Shown: positions 25,756 through 34,760 of the stretch, one piece after another
How positions within the stretch are numbered: the first letter of the stretch is position 1
Layout of the letters: each line of letters opens with the position of its first letter
DNA from: Tannerella sp.
GTDB lineage: Bacteria > Bacteroidota > Bacteroidia > Bacteroidales > Tannerellaceae
Length of the DNA stretch: 64,000 bases
Reading direction: 5' to 3'
NCBI RefSeq assembly: GCF_052170195.1
Contig: NZ_JBQNAZ010000007.1
Coordinates: 21,948 to 85,947, forward strand
Position numbers and translations under genes: made by a program
Notes under the pieces: model-generated
Seen by the model: the letters and a program-made list of their open reading frames with translations, nothing else
The model's database searches: none
What the model was told of the DNA's origin: nothing

Positions 25756-26319
25756 CTATTTCCAGTCGAACGATTGAATCAGTTCCATCACATCGTGGCG
25801 AAGGTATTCGGTCACGGGTGCCACCGAATCGGCATCGACACGATGTTGGTAGTAGATCGCCCCGCGGAAGAAGTGCGAAACACTGTCGGTGAGCATAAAC
25901 TGGACAGGCGAGGGCGAGTCGCTATCGATCCGGAAGAGCATGCCGTACACACGGCGCTCGGGAGCTTCGTAAGCCTGTTCGGTAATGGCCTGAGCATCGC
26001 GGGCGCTGCGTGCGACGAGTTCACGACACTCCGCTTCGCAGCGAGGAAGCGTCTCACGGGTGATACTTCGGTAGCTGCAATACATTTTGACGTTGAGCGA
26101 CGGGTAGGTGACGTTCAGCCAGTCTTCCGTCACATCGGCAGGAGGCATTTCGATGGTCACGAGCTGCGATACCCGAAAAGCATAAGCCAGTTCTCCGGCC
26201 GTGAACAACGTGTATTTCGCCTGCGGCAGATCGATGCGCAATACGCCGCGCGGCTTTGGCGTGGGTGTCGAGCAGGCTGCACAGCCTGCCAGTAAGAGAA
26301 TCCATGACAAGATACGCAT
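25756..26319 (-). CDS. gldD: gliding-motility lipoprotein GldD-like
   Basis: Lipobox LLLAGCAAC, PKPRGVLRIDLP, VYGMLFRI and the C-terminal ...SFDWK match my recollection of GldD. It sits directly downstream of gldE, as in the known ssb-gldE-gldD arrangement. Confidence 0.7.
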   Translation of the reverse strand: MRILSWILLLAGCAACSTPTPKPRGVLRIDLPQAKYTLFTAGELAYAFRVSQLVTIEMPPADVTEDWLNVTYPSLNVKMYCSYRSITRETLPRCEAECRELVARSARDAQAITEQAYEAPERRVYGMLFRIDSDSPSPVQFMLTDSVSHFFRGAIYYQHRVDADSVAPVTEYLRHDVMELIQSFDWK

Positions 26320-26321
26320 CG

Positions 26322-27623
26322 TTATTTCTCTTTTCCGGGAGCCGGAGGGATACGGTCGAATTTCACTTTCAATACACGTCGTTCATCTGCTTCGAGCACG
26401 CGAAAACGATAATTGTGATATTCGATAATCTCACGACGACGGGGTAAAGTGCCTTTGATTTTGAGCAGCAATCCCGTAAGTGTTTCGATATCTTCCGTCA
26501 GATCGCCGAACTCCTCCTCGTCGATGTCTGTTTCGCGGAAAAAATCATTCAATTGGATTTTGCCTTCAAAGATATAACTCCCATCCGGAAGTTGGAAATA
26601 CTGTTTCGCGTCCGTGTCGTATTCGTCCGAAATATCTCCTACGATTTCTTCGATAATATCTTCCATCGTTACTAATCCCGAGGTACATCCGAACTCATCT
26701 ACCACGATGGCGATATGCACCCGGTTGGTTCGAAACTCTTCCAGCAGTCCTTCGATCTTTTTTGTCTCAGGTACAAAATATGCCGGACGGATCAGCTTCT
26801 GCCATTCAAAATCGCTCGTGTTTTGAATGTAGGGGAGTAAATCCTTCGCATACAGGACACCCGTGACGTTATCTTCCGTCTCTTCGTAGATGGGGATACG
26901 TGAAAAACCGCTTCGGATGATGATGTCGAGCGCTTCTTTGAAAGTGCATTTCGCATTGATGGCTTTCATGTCGAGGCGTGGCACCATGATCTCATCGGCA
27001 GTCTTATTATAAAAATGTACGATCTCTTCAAGCATCTCTTTCTCGTCGGCCGATTCTTTCGAAATAATGGTAGATTCGGAGGGTTGCGATTCGTGCTTGT
27101 GTTGATTGGCCGGAGGAGCGCAAATCCATCGGCTGACCGGCCGGCAGAGCCAGTCGATCGTTTTGAGGAAAGGTGCCGTCCGACGTGCCGCATCAAGCTG
27201 TCTGCCCTGTGTCAAAAACTTGGGAAACCATCCTTTGAAGATGAACAGCAGCAGTACAAGGACGAGAATCCCGGCCACGCATCCGCCGACCGATTGAATA
27301 GTCGAACATACGGACTGAAGGCCGTACATTCCGGCTATCGTCATTGTAATGATCAGTATTGTCTGTATCATCGCAATAGCGGTACGCGTCTGTTGCGGAC
27401 GGTCTGACAATTGTCTGATGAACTTGTCGCTCGTGCTTTTCTCTTCCCGTATTTCGTTCGTTTCATCGACCGACAAAGAGAACAAGGCGCGTTCTGCTGC
27501 GGCTAACCATCCGGAAATAACCAGCAGCAAAAGTATTACGACCAAAATAATCACAGCATTCCAAACAGGCTCGTGATGCACGGCCTGTAATAACATACTC
27601 GGGTAATAATCGTCTGAATCCAA
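26322..27623 (-). CDS. gldE: GldE / CNNM-family (DUF21-CBS pair-CorC_HlyC) membrane protein
   Basis: 433 aa. N-terminal TM domain, a CBS pair (IMVPRLDMKAI...; FSRIPIYEE), and CorC/HlyC C-terminal motifs (HIAIVVDEFGCTSGLVTMEDIIEEIVGDI). Confidence 0.85.
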   Translation of the reverse strand: MDSDDYYPSMLLQAVHHEPVWNAVIILVVILLLLVISGWLAAAERALFSLSVDETNEIREEKSTSDKFIRQLSDRPQQTRTAIAMIQTILIITMTIAGMYGLQSVCSTIQSVGGCVAGILVLVLLLFIFKGWFPKFLTQGRQLDAARRTAPFLKTIDWLCRPVSRWICAPPANQHKHESQPSESTIISKESADEKEMLEEIVHFYNKTADEIMVPRLDMKAINAKCTFKEALDIIIRSGFSRIPIYEETEDNVTGVLYAKDLLPYIQNTSDFEWQKLIRPAYFVPETKKIEGLLEEFRTNRVHIAIVVDEFGCTSGLVTMEDIIEEIVGDISDEYDTDAKQYFQLPDGSYIFEGKIQLNDFFRETDIDEEEFGDLTEDIETLTGLLLKIKGTLPRRREIIEYHNYRFRVLEADERRVLKVKFDRIPPAPGKEK

Positions 27624-27652
27624 GGTGTAATTTGTGATGTGTTAAGATAAGG

Positions 27653-28117
27653 TTAGAACGGCAGGTCGTCGATCTCGTCCGTTTCTGTATGAACTTCGCC
27701 CGATGGCATGGACGGAACGGACGGCGTTGGTGACGAGGCGGAAGCAGGCGTCTGTACCGGGTTGTCGCCGTCCTGCGGTCTGCGACCGGACGAGAAGAAT
27801 TCGATGCGGTCGGCAAGAATTTCCGTCACATACCGTTTGATGCCGCTTTGGTCGTCGTAGCTTCGTGTCCTGATCTTTCCCTCGACATAAACCATCGAGC
27901 CTTTTTTAACATACCGCTCTACGAATTGCGCACGGTCACGATTGGCTACGATATTGTGCCATTCTGTCCGCTCGGGGATTTCCGTTCCGTTCGCAAGCTT
28001 ATATCCGCGTTCGTTGGTAGCCAATGAAAAGTTGGCGACCGCATTTCCACTGTCGAAATAACGCACATCGGGGTCTTTCCCCACATTTCCAATCAAAATG
28101 ACTTTGTTTAATGACAT
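27653..28117 (-). CDS. ssb: single-stranded DNA-binding protein
   Basis: MSLNKVILIGNVGKDPDVRYF... is an OB fold. The tail is Pro/Ser-rich and ends in the acidic tip DDLPF. Confidence 0.95.
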   Translation of the reverse strand: MSLNKVILIGNVGKDPDVRYFDSGNAVANFSLATNERGYKLANGTEIPERTEWHNIVANRDRAQFVERYVKKGSMVYVEGKIRTRSYDDQSGIKRYVTEILADRIEFFSSGRRPQDGDNPVQTPASASSPTPSVPSMPSGEVHTETDEIDDLPF

Positions 28118-28147
28118 AGGAATTATTCTTTATAAAGGTTTGAGGAA

Positions 28148-28155
28148 CAAATGTA
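28148..28155 (-). promoter_or_regulatory. -7 box (TACATTTG) upstream of ssb
   Basis: Plus strand CAAATGTA, which is TAcaTTTG on the minus strand, 31 nt upstream of ATG 28117. Confidence 0.45.
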
Positions 28156-28211
28156 GGCGTCTTTTATGAACTGTACAAATTTACAGATGGAAAAAAACAG
28201 CTCAGCCCGAA

Positions 28212-29288
28212 TTATTTTTCTTCTATCTTTGATAAAAGATTGATAATCAGTTTTGGAAAAGGATATGCGTCAATCGCTTCCCGCGACGTTCGGACCATCT
28301 TTTTTAGAGCTGCATTTTCTTGCTGAACTTCTACCATATAGCACGTTACATGTAATGTCTGATGTGAAAGGATATGCCGGACGTCGTCGGCGACCATAGT
28401 AAATGTCGGCCGTCCTGTTTTTTGGAAAAGTTTCCCGAAGGCCGGTGTTTCCTGTAAAGCGTTCAAATCGGCTGGTATCTCGGTTTCTACCATCGGCAAT
28501 TCAAACAAGCCTTTCCAAATGTCGTTCCCGATGCGTTGGTGCAGGTAAGTATCCGTGTCGTGTTTGATAAAGAAGTAATGAAAGAAACGATCGCGCGTTT
28601 TAGTTTTATGCTGTTTGACAGGAAAACGATGCGGATCGCCGGAGGCATGTCCGGCACATTGCCCCACCATCGGGCAACTTGTGCAATCGGGGTTTCGGGG
28701 GATGCAATGCAACGCTCCGAACTCCATCAGCGCCTGATTATGCTCGCCGGCATGTCGGGGAGGCATCACAAGCGTTGCCAGCTGACGATACTCGCCTTTA
28801 CCTTTTCCGCTGTCTGCCGGTGTCTCTACGGCGAAGAGCCGTCCCAACACCCGAATCACATTGCCGTCGATGGCGGGATAGGGCAGATTCCATGCGAAAG
28901 AAGCAATAGCCGCCGCCGTATATTCACCGATACCTTTGAGCGAGCGGATCTCTTCGTACGACGAAGGGAAAACTCCGCCGAACCGTTGCCGGATATCTTG
29001 TGCTGCTTCGTGCAGATTGCGTGCGCGGGAGTAATACCCCAACCCCTGCCAGTATTTCAGTACCTCTTCCTGTGGAGCTTCGGCAAGGCTTCGGACATCG
29101 GGGAATCGCTCGATAAAACGATAATAGTAATCCAGCCCTTGGGCTACGCGTGTTTGCTGAAGGATAACTTCGGAGATCCAGATACGATACGGATCGGTCG
29201 TATTTCGCCATGGCAGATCGCGTTTGTTTGCTCTGTACCACGCCCGGATTTGTTCGCTTTCTTTATATATCTCGTTTTTTTGCTTCAT
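28212..29288 (-). CDS. mutY: A/G-specific adenine DNA glycosylase
   Basis: LPWRNTTDPYRIWISEVILQQTRV, the HhH-GPD motif (LKGIGEYTAAAIASFA), a 4Fe-4S cluster loop (CIPRNPDCTSCPMVGQC) and a C-terminal NUDIX-like domain. ATG 29288 was chosen over the track start 29363. Confidence 0.9.
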   Translation of the reverse strand: MKQKNEIYKESEQIRAWYRANKRDLPWRNTTDPYRIWISEVILQQTRVAQGLDYYYRFIERFPDVRSLAEAPQEEVLKYWQGLGYYSRARNLHEAAQDIRQRFGGVFPSSYEEIRSLKGIGEYTAAAIASFAWNLPYPAIDGNVIRVLGRLFAVETPADSGKGKGEYRQLATLVMPPRHAGEHNQALMEFGALHCIPRNPDCTSCPMVGQCAGHASGDPHRFPVKQHKTKTRDRFFHYFFIKHDTDTYLHQRIGNDIWKGLFELPMVETEIPADLNALQETPAFGKLFQKTGRPTFTMVADDVRHILSHQTLHVTCYMVEVQQENAALKKMVRTSREAIDAYPFPKLIINLLSKIEEK

Positions 29289-29307
29289 GTTGCTGCTTTT
29301 TGGCAGG

Positions 29308-29315
29308 CAAAAATA
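29308..29315 (-). promoter_or_regulatory. -7 box (TATTTTTG) upstream of mutY
   Basis: Plus strand CAAAAATA, which is TAttTTTG on the minus strand, 20 nt upstream of ATG 29288. Confidence 0.4.
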
Positions 29316-29475
29316 CGTATTTCCGGGCATTCCAAAAGCAGGCAAATGGCCCGTTGGCCGCATGAAATAACGGATAAAAATATGTTTTTATTCGTTTAAT
29401 CTGTCTTAAGATCAGGAAGTTGGAAAATAAACAATCTTTTTCTTCAAAAAAGTGCATTAATTCGAATAAAACCTA

Positions 29476-29483
29476 TATCTTTG
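29476..29483 (+). promoter_or_regulatory. -7 box (TATCTTTG) upstream of HU
   Basis: TAtcTTTG lies 43 nt upstream of ATG 29526. Confidence 0.5.
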
Positions 29484-29525
29484 CAGTCCAAAAAATTAGA
29501 AATTATTCATTTAATATTTATTGAC

Positions 29526-29804
29526 ATGACAAAAGCAGATATTGTTAGCGAGATCGCAAAGAGCACAGGTATTGACAAAAACACAGTGTTGGCAAGTGTT
29601 GAATCGTTTATGAGCGTAGTAAAGAAATCTTTGTCCGAAGGAGAAAACGTATATCTCCGCGGTTTCGGCAGTTTTGTGGTAAAGAGACGTGCACAGAAAA
29701 CGGCGCGTAACATTTCGAAAAATACCACGATGATTATCCCGGAGCATGACATTCCGTCTTTCAAACCCGCTCGGGTATTCATGAATCAAGTGGCAAACAA
29801 ATAA
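29526..29804 (+). CDS. HU-family DNA-binding protein
   Basis: MTKADIVSEIAKSTGIDKNTVLASVESFMSVVKKSLSEGENVYLRGFGSFVVKRRAQKTARNISKNTTMIIPEHDIPSFKPA is a canonical HU fold sequence. Confidence 0.9.
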   Translation: MTKADIVSEIAKSTGIDKNTVLASVESFMSVVKKSLSEGENVYLRGFGSFVVKRRAQKTARNISKNTTMIIPEHDIPSFKPARVFMNQVANK

Positions 29805-29831
29805 TGATTTAATCACTAATTAATAGGAATT

Positions 29832-29921
29832 ATGCCAAGCGGAAAAAAAAGAAAAAGACATAAAATGTCGACGCATAAGCGTAAGAAAAGACTTAAAAAG
29901 AATCGACACAAGAAGAAATAA
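29832..29921 (+). CDS. 29-aa polybasic micro-protein (not in the ORF track)
   Basis: The ORF from ATG to TAA translates to MPSGKKRKRHKMSTHKRKKRLKKNRHKKK. It lies between HU and a strong terminator. It resembles short Lys/Arg-rich proteins that I recall being annotated in Bacteroidota as AURKAIP1/COX24-like. I could not verify this. Confidence 0.55.
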   Translation: MPSGKKRKRHKMSTHKRKKRLKKNRHKKK

Positions 29922-29940
29922 GTCTTTGAAAGGATTTTGA

Positions 29941-29979
29941 AGAACAAACTTAATCAGATTTTTTAAGTTTGTTCTTTTT
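29941..29979 (+). terminator. rho-independent terminator after HU and the micro-ORF
   Basis: 12-bp stem AGAACAAACTTA / TAAGTTTGTTCT followed by TTTT. Confidence 0.7.
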
Positions 29980-30014
29980 CATAATGAACAAGAACAACGA
30001 GAAATAGCATCATT

Positions 30015-31589
30015 GTGGTAAGCGAATTAGTAGTAGATGTCAAGTCGGACGAAATTTCCATCGCCGTATTGGAAGACAAAAGCCTGGTAGAGCTTCAGAA
30101 GGAGCCCCAGAGCGATTCTTTTGCGGTGGGCAACATTTACCTTGCACGGATAAAAAAGTTGTTGCCGGGCTTGAATGCCGCTTTCGTCGACGTGGGTTGC
30201 AAAAAAGATGCGTTTCTTCATTATCAGGATTTAGGGCCAAATTTCAACACGCAGCAGAAGTTTCTTAAACAATGGCGCGGCGATCCCAAAAAACGGCAGC
30301 CTGTGTCGAAGACTTCGATTCTTCCGGAGATTGAAAAAGACGGAAGTATCGGCAATATATTGACGGTAGGCGATGAGATTTTGGTACAGATTGCCAAGGA
30401 ACCGATCTCAACCAAAGGGCCTCGACTGACGGCCGAATTGTCGTTCGCCGGACGTTTTTTAGTGTTGATACCGTTCTCCGACAAGATTTCTGTTTCAACA
30501 AAAATTAAATCGAACGAGGAACGGGCACGTCTTCGTCAGTTGATGCAAAGCGTAAAGCCCAAGAACTTCAGTGTGATTGTACGCACTTCGGCCGAAGGGA
30601 AACGTGTGGCCGAGTTGGATGGAGAATTGAAGACTTTGCTGAAACGGTGGGAAGATAATATACCCAAAGTCCCCAAATCAAAGGCTCCGACCCTTATATA
30701 TGAAGAAACGGCTCGGACAGTGGCGCTTCTGCGCGATATTTTCAACTCGTCATTCGAGAATATTTATGTAAATAACAAACAGGTATACGAAAACGTATAT
30801 GATTATGTGAGTCTGATTGCTCCTGAGCAGAAGAACATTGTCAAATTATATACGGGCGATGTGCCTATTTTTGATAAATTTGGTGTCACCAGACAGGTCA
30901 AGTCACTGTTTGGACGAACCGTAACCTATAAGAGTGGGGCTTATCTGATTATCGAGCATACGGAAGCGATGCACGTGATTGATGTCAATAGCGGTAATCG
31001 GATGAAAGGCAGCACGGAGCAGGAAAAGACGGCATTCGATGTGAATGTGGCTGCGGCCAATGAGATTGCCAGGCAGTTACGACTGCGCGATATGGGCGGG
31101 ATTATTGTGATCGATTTTATCGATTTGGCAGAGGCGTCAAACCGGCAGCAATTGTACGAGCATATGACAAAAGCTATGGCAAATGACCGGGCTAAACACA
31201 ATATCTTGCCACTTAGCAAATTTTGTCTGATGCAGATCACCCGTCAGCGGGTTCGGCCGATTCTGGATGTGAAGACAACCGAGAAGTGTCCGTCTTGCTT
31301 CGGAACAGGAACCATTAAATCTTCCATCTTGTTTACCGACAATCTGGAAGGAAAGATAGACTGTCTTGTTAACAAACATAATGTTAAAAAAATCACCCTG
31401 CATGTGCATCCTTATGTGGCTGCCTATATTAATAAAGGGTTTCTGTCACTGGCCATGAAATGGAAAATGAAATACTCTTTTCAACTAAAGGTGGTGCCAG
31501 ACGAAAGCATGGCTTTTCTGGAATACCGATTCTACGATCAGGAGAAAAACGAATTGGATATGCAGGAAGAAAAAGAAACAATAAAATAG
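30015..31589 (+). CDS. rng: ribonuclease E/G family protein (RNase G-like)
   Basis: 524 aa. S1 domain (GNIYLARIKKLLPGLNAAFVDVG), catalytic core (HVIDVNSG; GGIIVIDFIDL) and Zn-link CPSCFGTG. GTG start. Confidence 0.9.
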   Translation: MVSELVVDVKSDEISIAVLEDKSLVELQKEPQSDSFAVGNIYLARIKKLLPGLNAAFVDVGCKKDAFLHYQDLGPNFNTQQKFLKQWRGDPKKRQPVSKTSILPEIEKDGSIGNILTVGDEILVQIAKEPISTKGPRLTAELSFAGRFLVLIPFSDKISVSTKIKSNEERARLRQLMQSVKPKNFSVIVRTSAEGKRVAELDGELKTLLKRWEDNIPKVPKSKAPTLIYEETARTVALLRDIFNSSFENIYVNNKQVYENVYDYVSLIAPEQKNIVKLYTGDVPIFDKFGVTRQVKSLFGRTVTYKSGAYLIIEHTEAMHVIDVNSGNRMKGSTEQEKTAFDVNVAAANEIARQLRLRDMGGIIVIDFIDLAEASNRQQLYEHMTKAMANDRAKHNILPLSKFCLMQITRQRVRPILDVKTTEKCPSCFGTGTIKSSILFTDNLEGKIDCLVNKHNVKKITLHVHPYVAAYINKGFLSLAMKWKMKYSFQLKVVPDESMAFLEYRFYDQEKNELDMQEEKETIK

Positions 31590-31618
31590 AGCAAAAGATT
31601 TTTTATCTTTTGCTCTAT
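31586..31618 (+). terminator. rho-independent terminator of rng
   Basis: 14-bp stem ATAGAGCAAAAGAT / ATCTTTTGCTCTAT with a T5 loop, followed by T-rich sequence. It overlaps the stop codon. Confidence 0.7.
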
Positions 31619-31622
31619 TTTA

Positions 31623-31630
31623 TATTTTTG
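31623..31630 (+). promoter_or_regulatory. -7 box (TATTTTTG) upstream of the alpha/beta hydrolase gene
   Basis: TAttTTTG lies 40 nt upstream of ATG 31670. Confidence 0.4.
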
Positions 31631-31669
31631 CTGCCGTTAACGAAACAAATCAAAAACAAAGATTGAAAA

Positions 31670-32554
31670 ATGAGCAAGTTGATATTATCGTATGTCTGTC
31701 TGCTTTTCATGGAGGTTGTCGCGACGGCACAGGAAAAAATTGTTCGGCTTTTTCCGGAAGGAGCTCCCGGAGAAACTGTTCGAATGGCTGAAAAGATTAG
31801 TAAGGAAGGAAATAGAGTGGCCGGAGAAATTGTATGTCGGGTTACGAATGTCAGTGATCCGACGATTGCTATTTATCAACCGTCCGAAGAATTAGCCAGT
31901 GGATCGGCTATGATTGTCTGTCCGGGTGGAGGATACGATATTCTGGCGTATGATCTGGAGGGCGATGAAGTTTGTCTTTGGCTAAACGAATTGGGTATTA
32001 CTGCTGTATTATTAAAATATCGTGTGCCTCGTCGTGAAGGACGACCAAAACATGAAGCTCCATTGCAGGATTTACAACGTGCCATTAGCTACGTACGTGC
32101 GAATGCTTCAGAGTTGAATGTCGATGCAAACCGGATTGGAGTGATGGGTTTTTCGGCAGGAGCACATCTGGCTGTAATGGCTTCTACCTCATTTAATAAA
32201 AGAACGTATCTTGCGAATAACGCGATTGATAAGGTCAGCTGTCGTCCGAATTTCTGCCTGCTGATTTATCCGGCGTATTTGGATGGCGAACACTTCGGAC
32301 TGGCTCCTGAGATTCAAATAGCTCCGAAAACACCGCCGACCATGCTGATTCAGACCGAAGATGATCGTTCGTTTATCAACAGCAGCCTCTTTTATTACTA
32401 TGCGCTGAAGGAAGCAAATATCCCGGTATGGATGCATCTTTACGGAAAAGGAGGCCATGGCTATGGCTTGCGTGATACAGGTGTGATGGTCAACAGTTGG
32501 CCGGATCGTGCCGAAGATTGGTTTCGGGAAATCGGCGTGATCGAGACCGAGTAA
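31670..32554 (+). CDS. secreted alpha/beta-hydrolase fold esterase
   Basis: Signal peptide, oxyanion-type CPGGGY, nucleophile elbow GFSAGAH and a C-terminal GGHGY. Substrate unknown. Confidence 0.75.
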   Translation: MSKLILSYVCLLFMEVVATAQEKIVRLFPEGAPGETVRMAEKISKEGNRVAGEIVCRVTNVSDPTIAIYQPSEELASGSAMIVCPGGGYDILAYDLEGDEVCLWLNELGITAVLLKYRVPRREGRPKHEAPLQDLQRAISYVRANASELNVDANRIGVMGFSAGAHLAVMASTSFNKRTYLANNAIDKVSCRPNFCLLIYPAYLDGEHFGLAPEIQIAPKTPPTMLIQTEDDRSFINSSLFYYYALKEANIPVWMHLYGKGGHGYGLRDTGVMVNSWPDRAEDWFREIGVIETE

Positions 32555-32668
32555 GGGCTTCCTTTCGATCATCTGTCTCCGGTGTCCGTTGTAATTTTTA
32601 TTTTTCGGCATAGATAAAACCACTATTTTTTTGTAGATTTGTCGGTATTATTTCAAAAACGTATCAAT

Positions 32669-33406
32669 ATGGAAAATGTGATTTATATCGTCATCGCCAT
32701 TGTTGCGGCGGGGATTGGTGGATATATGTTGTATTTGAATTTTCAGACGAAGAAGGCTCGAAAAACACAACTGGCCGAGTTTAATACACGCTATTCGGGT
32801 AAACTGTTGGGCGAAAATTATCAACGAGCCATGGGGTATGGGGCTATTTTGGCATGTTACCGTGGCGAACAGATTTTGTCGCTGATACCCAAAGAGCCTA
32901 CGGATGTCTACCGTCAGGGAATGAATAAGCAATGGGAAATTGTAGACGAACAGTCGGCTGTAAACGCCATTAACGGATTATTGAGCCTGCAACGGAGTCA
33001 GCAATACGACGAGTTTATTCGTACACGTCAGACAAATAAAGATCTGAATAAAATCTATGTCCGGATAGCTCAAGAGTTGAACTTACCGGAAGAGGACGTG
33101 AGAGCTATTCAGTCAACGTATGCATGGGACATCGGACGTGCTGTAAGTGTGGCAAAATGGTGCTTCTGGATCGGATATCTCACCGAAGAACAGTTCTACC
33201 GTTGTCTCGATCAATGTATAAACATCGTATTGCAACGTGGAAGAGATTGGACGGAATACACGTGCTCATTCCTTTTGGGACGCTGTATTCACGGGTTTAA
33301 ATTAGACGATGTGATCTCGGCTGCGCAGAGTTTGCTCTCACCTTCCGAAAATATGAAGAAGAAAGATTCTGATATTGCAATATATCAGGATGTTACGTTT
33401 AAATAG
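32669..33406 (+). CDS. DUF1266 domain-containing protein with N-terminal TM anchor
   Basis: MENVIYIVIAIVAAGIGGYMLYL is the TM segment. YAWDIGRAVSVAKWCFWIGYLTEEQ is the DUF1266-type W-D-x-x-R motif. Confidence 0.65.
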   Translation: MENVIYIVIAIVAAGIGGYMLYLNFQTKKARKTQLAEFNTRYSGKLLGENYQRAMGYGAILACYRGEQILSLIPKEPTDVYRQGMNKQWEIVDEQSAVNAINGLLSLQRSQQYDEFIRTRQTNKDLNKIYVRIAQELNLPEEDVRAIQSTYAWDIGRAVSVAKWCFWIGYLTEEQFYRCLDQCINIVLQRGRDWTEYTCSFLLGRCIHGFKLDDVISAAQSLLSPSENMKKKDSDIAIYQDVTFK

Positions 33407-33414
33407 AAGAGAGT

Positions 33415-33447
33415 AGGGGGGACAATGTTTTTTGTCCCTCTTTTTTT
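33415..33447. terminator. hairpin plus T-run between convergent genes
   Basis: Stem of about 10 bp, AGGGGGGACAA / TTGTCCCTCT (with G-U pairs), followed by T7. Confidence 0.55.
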
Positions 33448-33463
33448 ACAAAGTCTGCAATGA

Positions 33464-33925
33464 TTAATCTCTTGCCAATAGTTCGGTATATGAAGGTATC
33501 GCTTTCAGATGGCTGTAAGAATGTGTGTCATAGTCAATACGGCAACAGTAATGTTCCATGCCATTGCTGACAATTAGGTAGTGTACCTTCAACACCAGAT
33601 TATAACGTGCAATCTGCTCAAAGACGTCTTGGGTAATCCGCACGGAAGGAGCCTTGTATTCAACAATAGCCAGAGGCTTCAAGTAAGTGTCGTAAATGAC
33701 GGTGTCACATCGGCGGGAGAGAGTGTTGAGCGTAATAGCCACTTCATTAGCCATTAATTCTTTCGGCACGTTTTTTTCTGTGAGTAGATAGTTTACAAAA
33801 TGTTGCCGTACCCATTCCTCCGGAGTCAGCACCACTTTTTTCCGGCGCAAAAGATCGAAGACGTAATACTTTCCGTTTTTTTCTGTTATTTTTAGCGGAT
33901 ATTTGGGCAGATTTAACGAGTACAT
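33464..33925 (-). CDS. type I restriction enzyme HsdR N-terminal domain-containing protein (stand-alone, PD-(D/E)xK-like)
   Basis: 153 aa. LTPEEWVRQHFVNYLLTEK..., RCDTVIY and AIVEYKAP are typical of this stand-alone family. Confidence 0.7.
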   Translation of the reverse strand: MYSLNLPKYPLKITEKNGKYYVFDLLRRKKVVLTPEEWVRQHFVNYLLTEKNVPKELMANEVAITLNTLSRRCDTVIYDTYLKPLAIVEYKAPSVRITQDVFEQIARYNLVLKVHYLIVSNGMEHYCCRIDYDTHSYSHLKAIPSYTELLARD

Positions 33926-33929
33926 TGCT

Positions 33930-33937
33930 TATATTTG
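33930..33937 (+). promoter_or_regulatory. -7 box (TATATTTG) upstream of the AMP nucleosidase gene
   Basis: TAtaTTTG lies 36 nt upstream of ATG 33973. Confidence 0.45.
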
Positions 33938-33972
33938 CTTGCAAATTTACCAACAAAGATAGAAAAGGATTT

Positions 33973-34749
33973 ATGAAAACGAAACAGGAGATTGTTGAAA
34001 ACTGGCTTCCGCGATACACAGACCGCAAACTGGAAGAATTTTCGGAGTATATATTGTTGACGAATTTCACCAAATACGTCGAACTGTTTGCGGATCATTT
34101 CAAAGTACCGATCCTGGGACTTCGAAATTCCATGCCAAACGCCACCGGAGGAGGAATTACGATTATCAACTTCGGTATGGGAAGTTCGAATGCCGCAACA
34201 ATTATGGATTTATTGTCGGCCGTGATGCCAAAAGCTGTACTTTTTCTGGGTAAATGTGGCGGACTGAAAAGAGCCAACTCGCTCGGTGACTATGTACTGC
34301 CAATAGCGGCCATACGCGGGGAAGGAACCTCGAACGATTATCTTCCGCCCGAAGTACCTTCGCTACCGGCATTTTCGATGCTCCGCGCGATCTCGTCGTC
34401 CATACGCGACAAAGGGCATGACTATTGGACCGGCACGATCTACACGACCAATCGCCGCGTGTGGGAATATGATACGGCATTTAAGGAGTATCTGAAGAAG
34501 ACGCATGCAACAGGCATTGATATGGAAACAGCTACGTTACTGACTGCCGGTTTTGCCAACCAGATACCTACCGGTGCTCTGTTGATGATCTCCGACAAGC
34601 CGCTTGAAGAACATGGAGTAAAGACGCAGGAGAGCGACAAAAGTGTAACACAAAAGTTTGCTCCCGAACATGTTGAGCTGGGTATCAGTGCGCTGGAGAT
34701 GATGATCGGAGGGAAGAAAACCGTGCAGCACATCAAATTCAGCTGGTAA
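33973..34749 (+). CDS. amn: AMP nucleosidase, short (catalytic-domain-only) form
   Basis: MKTKQEIVENWLPRYTDRKLEEF..., PNP_UDP_1 fold (FGMGSSNAATIMDLL; GIDMETATL). Confidence 0.75.
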   Translation: MKTKQEIVENWLPRYTDRKLEEFSEYILLTNFTKYVELFADHFKVPILGLRNSMPNATGGGITIINFGMGSSNAATIMDLLSAVMPKAVLFLGKCGGLKRANSLGDYVLPIAAIRGEGTSNDYLPPEVPSLPAFSMLRAISSSIRDKGHDYWTGTIYTTNRRVWEYDTAFKEYLKKTHATGIDMETATLLTAGFANQIPTGALLMISDKPLEEHGVKTQESDKSVTQKFAPEHVELGISALEMMIGGKKTVQHIKFSW

Positions 34750-34760
34750 ACACCTACAAC

